NCBI GenBank assembly: GCA_964187785.1
Contig: OZ076420.1
Location: 36,394,001-36,458,000 of the forward strand
Origin: Amphiscolops sp. MND2022
Lineage: Eukaryota
DNA length: 64,000 nucleotides
Direction: 5' to 3'
Every line of letters begins with the position of its first letter. Position 1 is the stretch's first letter. The notes under the pieces are model-generated. The model was not told where the DNA came from and searched no databases. It saw only the letters and a list, made by a program, of their open reading frames with translations. Made by a program: the position numbers and the translations under genes. Positions 10,698 through 21,800 of this stretch are shown here, one piece after another.

Positions 10698-11756
10698 TCA
10701 TTCTTGCACAACAGGTCCAGAGCACCCATGAGGCTGCGACAGTCCCGCACCTTTAAAAGAGAACAGTGCAGCCTCGAACCCATCTATGAAGGCGCGGGAC
10801 CTCAAACCCCTGTCCCTGACTGTCTCCCCATCGTAGGTGGTAGCGACGAGGTACTCCCCCAGAGTCTCCAATGCAATCAAGTCGTAGGATTTTCCACACC
10901 AATCGCAGAAACCAGCGACGTTAGGCATGACAGTGGGTAGGAGTCTGTACATTTGTCTCTCTTGAAGAGGCAAAAGCAGCAGGTTCGTGCTGTGCCCTAC
11001 ATGGAATGGGAAGTGATGGGCCGGCACAGGGTTGGGTCCCCCATTCAACCAAGGGATATGAAGGCTACCTTCATGGGGCGGTATTTGTATCATTAGCGGA
11101 GCATTGTTGTACATTGGCAAGTTGTTAGGAATGGAGGCGAAGGCACTATTCAGATTTACCCCGTTCGTATTGATGCCATTCAAAGTTCTGTGTGTTTGTT
11201 GAAGTCCTTGATTTGATGGTTGTTGAGTCTGGAAATCGCGATTGTTGGTTGTAAAATTAGTTGGATCCATTGGTATAGGTCTATTAGTTGCTGGTGGAGC
11301 TTGATTTGTATTCCTGGGTGTAGGAAGAATTGCAGCTGTTGGCCTTCCGTAACTATCTATTGAGATTCCCATTGGCTCGTTTATATCCCAAGGGGACATT
11401 GGTGAGTCTTCTAGTTCAGTATCTATGAAAGAAGTTGGCGATGATTCCCTACTGAAATGGTGTTCTTCAATAATATCCATCATTTGACGCTCAATCTGAG
11501 TGCCAGCAGTGTCGATTATTTCAGTTACTACAGGATCTTCAGGTTTTGAAGCGAACAGAGTTGCAGAAGTTGCGCCCACAAACGCTGTCATCATGACCGA
11601 CCTCGGTCCTTCGACTCTAAATCTTCCTTCTATAACTGGCAGACGACTTGGTTGTACTACAAATTCTTCTCCAGAATCGCTCGACACATCGATGATACTG
11701 GGCGACTGGATTGACAACAGAGGGCTGTCTTCAAGATTGAATTGCAGATTGTCCAT
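10698..11756 (-). CDS. Gypsy-1 sense accessory ORF3 (352 aa), not env-like
   Basis: ATG-initiated. Acidic/Pro/Asn-rich N-terminal two thirds; compact C-terminal region with CxxC (GFCDWCGKSY). No signal peptide or TM helix seen. Reads through the PPT and stops inside the LTR-derived sequence. Confidence 0.72.
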   Translation of the reverse strand: MDNLQFNLEDSPLLSIQSPSIIDVSSDSGEEFVVQPSRLPVIEGRFRVEGPRSVMMTAFVGATSATLFASKPEDPVVTEIIDTAGTQIERQMMDIIEEHHFSRESSPTSFIDTELEDSPMSPWDINEPMGISIDSYGRPTAAILPTPRNTNQAPPATNRPIPMDPTNFTTNNRDFQTQQPSNQGLQQTHRTLNGINTNGVNLNSAFASIPNNLPMYNNAPLMIQIPPHEGSLHIPWLNGGPNPVPAHHFPFHVGHSTNLLLLPLQERQMYRLLPTVMPNVAGFCDWCGKSYDLIALETLGEYLVATTYDGETVRDRGLRSRAFIDGFEAALFSFKGAGLSQPHGCSGPVVQE

Positions 11757-12588
11757 ATTTTTATTTTATTGATACAATTGACTCTTTGCAGAGTTTAAAA
11801 GTAGGGTTAGTTCAGGTGAAGCTACTGTTTCAGACGAGTTGAAAGACCATGTGGTGATTATTTTTATCTTTTCTTTCGTTTATAACAAAACCCCGCGGAA
11901 AAGTAGAGTGTCATGTTTTCGGGGTTCCCGTTTTCCCTATAAGGTCTCTTTCTGTGATAAACATCACCCAACCCGCGAAAAAGATCGAGTTTTCCTTCAA
12001 TTTGACGTAAACAATCTTCCATTTTTGGTGTTTCATCATCTATCAGGAAGAATTTCACTTTCACCCTACCTTCTTGTCGGTGTTGAATCATTTTAATGAG
12101 ATATAAACAAAATCATAACTAAACTAACTTCAAAGGGTTTCATGACTAATAACTACCATTGATAAAGGAATGAAGTGAAAATTGATATACATATCCAATT
12201 CTACATGACTGGGATTCTTATTTATGAATGAAGTTTTCTAGACTAAAAAGTTGGAATTTTTTGAAATGTCACATTTATCCACAGTTCATCAAAGTTTTGT
12301 TTCAAGTCCCGCACTTGAAAAGTGCGTTATATCTCGAAAAGTAAAAAGAGCATCAGGTCTCGTTTATTTTCATTTGTTTCGTCTGTATTTGCTCACCAAT
12401 GCATAATCATGTATTCTGTTGATAGACCACCATTTCCGCATATTCAATAGCTAGTGTTAACTACTGAACATCACAGCATTGTAAGGAGTTGAAGTTAGGT
12501 CGTGTATGTCCTTTAAACATGTAGACATAGCACTCAGCATGAGATTGTCTATCTGTATTACGCTGTGTATGCAGTTGTAATTTTCTAC

Positions 12589-12793
12589 ATACTGCCGTAT
12601 GTGTAGTGGTGACTTTTTGTATACTGCCGCATATGCGGCTGTGAATTTCCGCAAACTGCCGCATATCTAGTGGTGACTTTCTGTGTACTGCCGCATATAC
12701 GGTTGTGAATTTCCGCATACTGCTGCATTGGTAGTGGTGACTTTCTGTATACCGCCGCATATGCGGTTGTGTATTTCCGCATCCTGCCGCATG
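12589..12793. repeat. Alternating A/B 32-bp tandem array (copy 2), 6.4 monomers
   Basis: Exact 32-nt period: atactgccgcatatgcggctgtgaatttccgc alternating with aaactgccgcatatctagtggtgactttctgt. Confidence 0.88.
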
Positions 12794-14385
12794 AGGGCTA
12801 TTTGTAAGATTTGCATCGATAACCGATTGATAATTACGTAATCGTCCATTTTGGCAGTAATGGAGGGCAATTAATTGACCAATCAGATTAGAGTATTTTG
12901 CGCATTTTGTACGCAAATTTTGTGCTCATTTACTTTTTGCCTTCTATTGATACGCCACGCCTTTTACATCTGTTGAAAATCGCTTAAAAGTTTCTACTTT
13001 GTTTTGAGTCTTTATATCAGTCTGTTTATATTTCCAGATAGTAGTCAGATTAGTCAAACTCTCAATTCCAATTCTATTGCCTCCATTATTCCCCTTATCA
13101 ATTATCAGTCGTATTGTACAATTGTGTCATTCCTTTATTCAACTTTGGATAGCCGCTCTCCATTTTGAGATGGGACCACCGAGTCGCAGGAAGGCCAGAG
13201 ACCAGCAGACTCGACGAAAGGAATATGCCAATTGGGGGTATAAATCTCCCACAGCAACTTCTCCTGGTGAGTTCATTTAATCTTTCCAGTTTGCAAAATT
13301 TGAGATTTGTAAAAATTTTGATCAAGGCGAATTTGATTTGCTTAGCTGGCCAGGCTAGACAAACGAAACTGATCTGTTTTTAACTGAGCTCAGATTTCAA
13401 ATTTCTTTTGGAGCAATTCTGCTTCCGGTTTGATTGTGAGATATTTCCGTTTGATTTATCAACTTCCGTTAACCGCGTCCGGCTTTCGTTGTTGTTTGAA
13501 ACAGAAAAGGCTCACTTGGTTCTTCCCTCATCCGTATTTGAATTCAGGCAAATTTGTTTCATTTGAACTCGGATCCACGCAGAATTCACCGGCTAGAACC
13601 CCTACCAAGACTTATATTCCTCTTGAAACTCCTGCTGTTACTGCTGAAGAATCCCCTAGGTCTGCTGTTACTGCTTCCAATAATCCTCCTGAGACAAACC
13701 AAGTTACCGCCAAAACCCCACGTGAAGTCGTCCAATCAAACGAGTTGGATGGATCCATGAATGCTGACGGAATAACTCAGGAGGTTCTGAACATTCACGA
13801 GACATCTCTGTCTCCAGGGGTACTTGCTATTCATGAAACGACTTTTGAAGAGAGAAGGGACACTACTGGAAATTTGGAGGGTGACGACAACCCTTTACTC
13901 CCTGACTTGTCGACGATGGCGGTGAATGATACGTTCATCCAAGACATTTCTGCAATCGCTAACGCATTTAACTCTTGTGCGACTATATCTTCACCCTTCT
14001 CCTCCTTCCTACGTCGTGATAGCAATGTCGAAGAGAACGTAGAGAATCCGCAAGTTGCTGAGGCTAACTCTTCAACTGAAGCCCGAATGTTAGAGACCCC
14101 TATTGGTAGTCCGATAATTTCCCGGGGGGCCCCGATTACGATGGAAGAGGAAGCGTCCCAGATGGTCATTACCAGGAGGGAGGTACTCGCGATAACAATC
14201 GTTCTGGGGAGAATCACTCAATCTTTGCTAAATGATCCTGACCCGGCAACAACCAGTAGCTTCACTTTCAATTTGATTGAAGACCCACCTGAGTCTCCTA
14301 CTAAAATAATTTTCAGAAGAGAAACAGAAGGAGCTGATAACCAAAACTTGGGCGAACCACTGACGTATTCTAGTTGCGAAGATGT

Positions 14386-17300
14386 TCCTGCACCAGGAGG
14401 GAAACGACGTCGACCCAAGTATTCATTAAGGACCCATATGATGAGGAAACACCCTGTACTCAAATTTTTCGCAACAGGACCCATTGATCGACAAAAAACA
14501 CCATATAAATGGTGGTGTCGCGTATATAGAGTGGAACTGTCACTCATGAGCAGAGGCGTCTTAGAATTACTCTCTCACTTTAGAACCGATTCCCATTTGA
14601 TTAAGGAACACCGGATCAGATCAGAGATACCGGGAATGCCATTATACGACCGTCATGAAAAAATCCTCACAGGGACAGCGCTCCAAGAGGCTCAAAAGGT
14701 AGCAAAAAAGACATTCCCTATCGCGCAGCAACTTGACGGTTGCCGACTATTGGTTGGTCAGGATACGCTCCCGGATTCATCCACTACTTCGAGTCCCAGT
14801 GAAGATGTGATTTCACAAATTAGTATTTTGGAACATGGACTTCGACATGGGGGAAACATTGACTCGCTCATTGGCAAGGCTTTTTATCATTCGCTGTGTT
14901 CTCGATCACTGTTAGTAGGAATTTGATAGCCTTTATTAGCTGTTGTAATAGAGAATTTTCATCCATTTTCCACTTTGTGAAATCCGCATATAATCATTTA
15001 GCATGCAATCATGACAATATTCCAAATTCTTCTAGTTTTTACACGTGCATTTGTTTCTCAAACTAGGGTTACGCAATTGGTCTTTCACTTCTGTACACAG
15101 CTGTCTATGCGTTTCTTTTATTTCGTATGGTGCTGCGTCTCTAATATCCAAATTCCGCATAATGACGCATAAACGTCAGTTAGGAAACGCCTAGTGACGC
15201 GTGGTCACCGGCTGAAAATAGTAGAGTGACGTATATAGGTTAATTCAAATCCGCATGGTGACGTATGGTCACCGGTTGCAATCCGCATAGTGACGTATAT
15301 GCAATATTCCAAGTCCGCATAGTGGCGTATATGCATTATTTCAAATCCGCATAGTGACGTGTAGTCACCGGTCGAAATCCGTATAGTGTAGTATATGCGT
15401 TATTCTAAAGACGCATGGTGACGTATGGTTGTTTTCTAACTGGATTGTAGGCTTCTTAAAAGGTACATTCGTTTACTCTCTTTCATGTTCCTGCACCAGG
15501 AGGGAAACGACGTCGACCCAAGTGTTCATTAAGGACCCATATGATGAGGAAACACACTGTACTCAAATTTTTTGCAACAGGACCCATTGATCGACAAAAA
15601 ACACCATATAAATGGTGGTGTCGCGTATGTAGAGTGGAACTGTCACTCATGAGCAGAGGCGTCTTAGAATTACTCTCTCACTTTAGAACCGATTCCCATT
15701 TGATTAAGGAACACCGGATCAGATCAGAGATACCGGGAATGCCATTATACGACCGTCATGAAAAAATCCTCACAGGGACAGCGCTCCAAGAGGCTCAAAA
15801 GGTAGCAAAAAAGACATTCCCTATCGCGCGGCAACTTAACGGTTGCCGACTATTGGTTGGTCAGGATACGCTCCCGGATTCATCCACTACTTCGAGTCCC
15901 AGTGAAGATGTGATTTCACAAATTAGTATTTTGGAACATGGACTTCGACATGGGGGAAACATTGACTCGCTCATTGGCATGTGGAACGAAATGGTCCGAT
16001 TGTTCCCCGGGAAGAGTCAAGAATCGACTTTCAGCTGGAGTCGCGAACGTTTATTTGTAAGTACGTTTATGCTTCTTTTATAAACATTATAATTACTGAC
16101 TAGGCTAATAACGGTTTTAATTCCAGGCTATAATCGTCTTCATGTTTCGTGAACTTATGCAACACAGCGTAACTTCCGTATCTGCAGTTGGAACATATTC
16201 TCTATCTTTCCAAAGCAATCCGTTTGAGACTTATATCTTTGCAAATTTCTGGGCTGGTCACGTGTTTTATCAAGTGTGCCTTGGATCAGGTCCGCGTGGG
16301 ACACTTATTCCAAAGAAAATGATGGGAGTTGTATCTTCATTTCTGAGCTTGTTCGAATATCATCCATCATGTGTATGCCTCGTGGATTGCCCCGACAGAC
16401 TCACCACTTGTTTCAAAACATCTTTACCTAGTAACCTGCGCCCTACTTCTGTCAACCGTTTTGGGACCAATGAGCTAGAACGTTGTTCGTCATTGCCTAC
16501 ACCTCGCATCTTTGAGAGACACGACTACCGAACTATTCTAGACTTTCTTCTCATGAAGTTGCGCACAGCCCTGGACAGGGACTGGCTTCAAAGCTTGCCA
16601 ACGCTTCATAAGGTATGAGATCACCTGCTTGGTTTTAGTTTTAATTCCTTTCTGGATTTATGAAAACATGTGTTTGTAGTGCGTGATGGATCTCTCTTAT
16701 ACCCCGAAGGAAGCCTCATTGCGACAAAGTTCTTGACCACCTCAACCGAGTATCCAGATTTCCATTTTACAGATTCCACATGCGAGAAGTTCGTATCATT
16801 CCCCTAATTTTCTGATTCTAGAGTTTTTGACATTTCCCATTGTAATAATCAATTTTCTGTTATAGCCCAACACCCTCGACGAAAGTTTTTGGCTCGATAC
16901 AGCCTATTTGGCAAGGCTTTTTATCATTCGCTGTGTTCTCGATCACTGTTAGTAGGAATTTGATAGCCTTTATTAGCTGTTGTAATAGAGAATTTTCATC
17001 TATTTTCCACTTTGTGAAATCCGCATATAATCATTTAGCATGCAATCATGACAATATTCCAAATTCTTCTAGTTTTTACACGTGCATTTGTTTCTCGGGT
17101 TACGCAATTGGTCTTTCACTTCTGTACACAGCTGTCTATGCGTTTCTTTTATTTCGTATGGTGCTGCGTCTCTAATATCCAAATTCCGCATAATGACGCA
17201 TAAACGTCAGTTAGGAAACGCCTAGTGACGCGTGGTCACCGGCTGAAAATAGTAGAGTGACGTATATAGGTTAATTCAAATCCGCATGGTGACGTATGGT

Positions 17301-17520
17301 CACCAGTTGCAATCCGCATAGTGACGTATATGCAATATTCCAAGTCCGCATAGTGGCGTATATGCATTATTTCAAATCCGCATAGTGACGTGTAGTCACC
17401 GGTCGAAATCCGTATAGTGTAGTATATGCGTTATTCTAAAGACGCATGGTGACGTATGGTTGTTTTCTAACTGGATTGTAGGCTTCTTAAAAGGTACATT
17501 CGTTTACTCTCTTTCATGTT
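14386..17520. repeat. Duplication with deletion (A-C-A-B-C arrangement)
   Basis: 14391-14876 matches 15487-15979, and 14871-15489 matches 16908-17520. Microhomologies TTGGCA and ATGTT at the junctions. Confidence 0.88.
17186..17460. repeat. 32-bp tandem array inside intron 5 of the antisense gene (duplicate 15155-15430)
   Basis: 32-nt units such as ccgcatagtgacgtatatgcaatattccaagt and ccgcatagtgacgtgtagtcaccggtcgaaat. Confidence 0.85.
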
Positions 17521-18808
17521 TTAGACAACTCCGCGTTCTCAGAGGTGCGCATTCAATTTGGGGCTGGGCTTAGATTGCACAACCAATTTGCTGTCTTCAC
17601 CTATAGTCAGCTTCAAAACATTTTGCCTGATAATGTCCTCGGCAAAATTTCCGACTGGGAAAGATATTTAACCATTGATTTGAGCCGCACTGATCTACCT
17701 TTTAAAACTGCTGATGAATTCATTTTGAATGAGGACTACCATAGACTTGCTACCACTGTAAACTACCGAGGCCCGGTAAATTCATTGAGCAAACTGTCTC
17801 GTTTTGCAAATCATTCTGTGGAATTTTACTGTCACGTGAAATCGTCAGATCTAATTTGATCCGCGGCTTAGCTTGTTTCGACTCAGCAGTGATTTTGCAT
17901 GGTACGTACTGAGGATCAGTATATAACCGCAGTGGAAAGCCTCACCAGTCTTTGTGGGTACTGGGTGGATGTCCTCGAGTGAAAAGACGAAAGCTGTTAG
18001 TCAGTATCGGTCATTCGTTGCAAAATTCAGGGCTTCTGGAGTTACTTTACCCGAAGATTGGTTCCAATTCATGGCCTCACATTATGAGCTACAGAAACGG
18101 TCTGAGTTATACCAACTGTTTAAATACGCTGGTTTATGTTTTCCTCCCCAAGTTTAAGTTCCAATGCCTTTCGTTGTTCCTATTCCTGAACTTGGGAGTG
18201 ATGAAGATGATTTCCGATCCTGCATTGGGAGTGTGCAGATGTCATTTACTACGATCCCAAATGTATCAAGTTTATATCGTGATCCACGTTCAATCTCTCG
18301 TGTCTTCCGGTTGTTAGGAAGACAGAAAGACTTGCTACTAGACCGTGAGTTTACGGTTTGGAACTTTTTGAAAGGGAGTAACCCCAAGAGGACAACATTG
18401 CAGTCTTCCTTTGAATCTGCCTACAAGAAAGCTTCTGTTGCGCCAGTGAATTTATCTCTCCCTGATGATGGGGACATTACTTATGGAAGTGATTTCTGTA
18501 CGAGCAACAGCTCGGCATCGCCCCGTTCTTCTTTGGCTAAGGCAACGATTTCTTTGCCTCGCTGTGAACCAGGAGGTTCTGGCGCTCAAAAACCCAAGGC
18601 AAACAAGAGCAAGAAAAACTGATTAACGTTTGTTCAAACTTTGAGTTGATTTCTTTTGTAAATAGTTGTTGCTTATTCTGTGTTATCGTATTTATTCTAT
18701 CCATCAGTATTATTGTCTAAGATGGAGCAATGCGCAGAATGAAGATAGTTTCTTCAAAAAAAGATAGGCTGGAAAAGGAAGAAGAGATTGTTTTCAGTCT
18801 GTGTGTTT

Positions 18809-21800
18809 TTAGTATCTGTAAGAGTCAGAGTAATTTGGGTTGGGGTTAGGACGTACGTTGTACTTTTCACAACGAGTATTTATGGGTTCTTCTTGCAATG
18901 GGGTATTTTCGGATTTTTCTGTGTTTTTTTGGGTTTGTATTTCTGGTGTATTTTCATTTGGGGTTTTTTGGGTAGCTTCTGCTTCATCACAAATTTCTTG
19001 TGGTGTTTCCTCATGATTTTCTTCTTCGTTTTCAGTGGGCTGCTCCACTGGGCTCCCCCCGCCTTTTTCTGGAAATTTGAGGGAGGGAGGGTGGTTATTA
19101 TCAGGTATTTCAATAGGTACGTATTCAACGTCATCATCGTTTGACGTGTAATCTGGAGGACCGTCCTCGAATGGGTTAGGTCCAAAATTTGTGTTCCATG
19201 ATTGTGCATATAAATCATCATGGGCCACTGGCATTTGATTATCTTTCTGCCAATCAGATTCTCGGACAAAGATATCGGCTAAAGGTGCTTGCGGAGTGAA
19301 CTTTCTCAGCCGAATTCTGTGTAGGAGTTGTGTTTTGTTTGTTCCTAGTCTCCTAACTATATAATTATTGTTAGGAAGAACTTTTTCAACTTTGTAAGGA
19401 CCCTGCCATCTAAATTCCCGAAATGGGATTTTCGTTGCTTGTGTGTCAGCCTTCGGGTTTATGATGTAACAGTAATCCGTTGTTTCTAGCGGTGATGCTT
19501 TTGCTTTCCTGTCGTAATATGCTTTGTATTTGAGATAGGATTGCGTTATGTTCTTTTTGGTCTGGTCTAATAGTATTTTCATTCTTCTTTGTATTTCTTC
19601 TGCAACATCGGTTTGGGGTTGATACTTCGGGTTGGGATTATACCCCAACTTGTAATCTAGTATGTTGTGTGGTATGCGGCCATGAAAAACTCGAGAGGGC
19701 TCGCAACCAAGTGATGCATGATAGGTTGTATTGTGATTTAATACTGCTAACGGGAGGAATTTATGCCAATTATGTCGGAATTCTCCAGTTGCTGCTTTGA
19801 GTTGCGTTGTTACTTAAGCATGGGTTCTTTCCAGGACTCCTATTGTTTGAGCATGCTTCATTGTTGCATGTTTAAGCTCAACACCTAGGACAGCTGTAAC
19901 TTCATGGGTTACTTGGGCATTAAATGGTGTACCAAGATCTGTGATGATTGTTATCGGAAGGTAGGCATCTTTGCATAGGATGTCCATTATGACTCGAGCC
20001 ACCGATGTTGCAGTGATGCGAGCTACTGGGTATGCAAAAAGATATCGAGAGAAAACATCGATTGCGGTTATTATATGGTCGTATCTCTTGGTGGGAGATT
20101 TGGTAGAATATCCATTTGAAGCATATCTTCAGGTCCCATTCGGGGCAATTAAGTAATTCGGTCCTGAGGAGGTCGTTGTTGATTCTTTTGGTTTGTATGC
20201 AGGTTTGGCAGTTCCTAACCCATTTTTATTGTATTTTGCAATACATGGGTAGTAGTATTTCTGCCTTACTTCTTGTATCATCTTTGTGATGCCTGGTTGG
20301 TTCGAGTTATGACCACGTAATGCTCGGAGTAGTTCCTCAAGGAGTTGCGTCGGTATTAAAATCTGATAATGTGAAGTGGTTCCCGTGTCTGTATAATATT
20401 TGCGTGTCAGAACCTCTTGTTTGATTTCGATTCTAATTATGTTTTGGAGATAGTGTTGGTATCTGTAGTCGGATGCCAAGTCATTTTCGTCGAAGTGGTT
20501 ACCTTCTACTTTGGCTCTCAGGTTCCTGAGGGCGATGTCATTATTTTGTTCAAGACGAATCCGTGCCTTATCTCGGAAATGTCCTTCAGAGCAGGTATTC
20601 AGACCTGATGTTGGTTTGTCGAAATGTTGGAGTTCCGTGACGTTGTTTTTTGGTTCATAGTGGGTTGCAGTTTGAGCCTGATTTCTAATATTTTGCTTTT
20701 CTTCCCAAAGCTTCTTTTCGTCAAATTCATCATCTGGAAGAATGTAGATCTGTTCTTCTTCTACTATACCTGATGATTGTATGTTGACTTCGATGGCTTT
20801 CGTTTGAATGTCGTTACGTATGCTCATTTCGAGTTTCTCAACTGGGTTAACTTCTGTTCTGGGCAGAAAGTCCGCTGCAGTGTTCATTGAACCAGCTACA
20901 TGGGCAATGACAAAATTGTATTGCAATACATAATCACATGAATGAGTTTTGCTTGGAAGAAGCGGGTAACCGATCTGTTGTCTGTGAACACTATGACTGG
21001 GAACGTGCTACCCCACATGAGGTGTCCAAACTCAACGAAAGCAAAGTAAATGGAAAGAAATTCTTTGGCATTTATGGACAATTTCGTTTGCGTTGGATTA
21101 AACGTTTCAGAGCCAAATGCAATTGGTGCATATGTTTTACGCTTGGACTGGAGTTTTTGATTAGGATCATCTTCTATCATGATAGCATATCCTGCTGCTG
21201 TAAAGCTTGAATCAGACATGACTATGAGTTGTTTGTCTTTGAGAGGTTGTCTCAAGGCTAATGGGCATGCGTTTTCGAGAAGTTTGTTGAGGTTGGTGAA
21301 ATCTTCTACCAAATTAGTGGGTATATAGAATTTGGAGGTTTCTTTAGGAAGTTTGAAGAATGGAGAGAGTTGTTCAGAGAGTCTCGGGATGTAATTGCGG
21401 TAATAGTTTAGAAATCCTATGTACATTAGGAGTGCTTTTTTGGATTTGGGGAATCTCAATTTCGACAAGAAATCTTTGACTTTGTCGGCTTGAGGGGCCA
21501 CGCCTGTGGGTGTGATTGTTCGACCTAGGAAGTCGACTTGTTTGACTCCGAAGGGGCATTTGGACATTGTGAGATTAAGACCTGCGTTTCTGATGCATTC
21601 AAAAACTGTTCTAATGTTGGCACATAACTGTTTTGCATCGTTTGCTGCTATGCCAATGTCATCGACATATTGTGTACATTGGTCAGCTTTGATTGCCTTG
21701 TCAAGGTACTCTCTCATGAAGCTTGAAAATGCCGAAAGAGATCTGCTAAGTCCTTGGGCAAGTCGTCGGAAGGCGAAAGTTCGGCTTGCGAAGTTGAAGG

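Larger units (their letters stand above)
6808..14600. repeat. 3.9-kb tandem duplication (6808-10684 / 10689-14600)
   Basis: Constant offset of 3914 bp (3883 left of the 31-bp deletion). ORFs pair up (9516/13430, 9163/13077, 8547/12461). Junction at 10684-10689. Confidence 0.92.
13170..18622 (+). pseudogene. Six-exon antisense gene encoding a ~1,090-aa BED zinc-finger, hAT-transposase-like protein (lesioned here)
   Basis: Introns 13267-13547, 16057-16126, 16613-16679, 16789-16865 and 16948-17524 are all GT-AG, and the junctions join in frame (allowing a 1-nt insertion in exon 4). BED motif WWCRVC-x17-H-x4-H, preceded by GGKRRRPK. Disrupted by an internal duplication, indels and a stop. Confidence 0.78.

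Noticed and set aside
9516-10940. 474-aa ORF (and 13430-14926, 498 aa) as single-exon genes
   Set aside because: They start at a TTG inside intron 1, and their C-termini are chimeric products of duplication junctions. They are pieces of the spliced antisense gene.
12589-12793. 32-bp arrays and the 64-bp array (62653-62836) as CRISPR
   Set aside because: Head-to-tail repeats without unique spacers, no cas genes, eukaryotic context.
12900-18800. Independent nested hAT DNA transposon
   Set aside because: No terminal inverted repeats or 8-bp TSD found by eye, and the intron array matches the host LTR motif. Not fully excluded.
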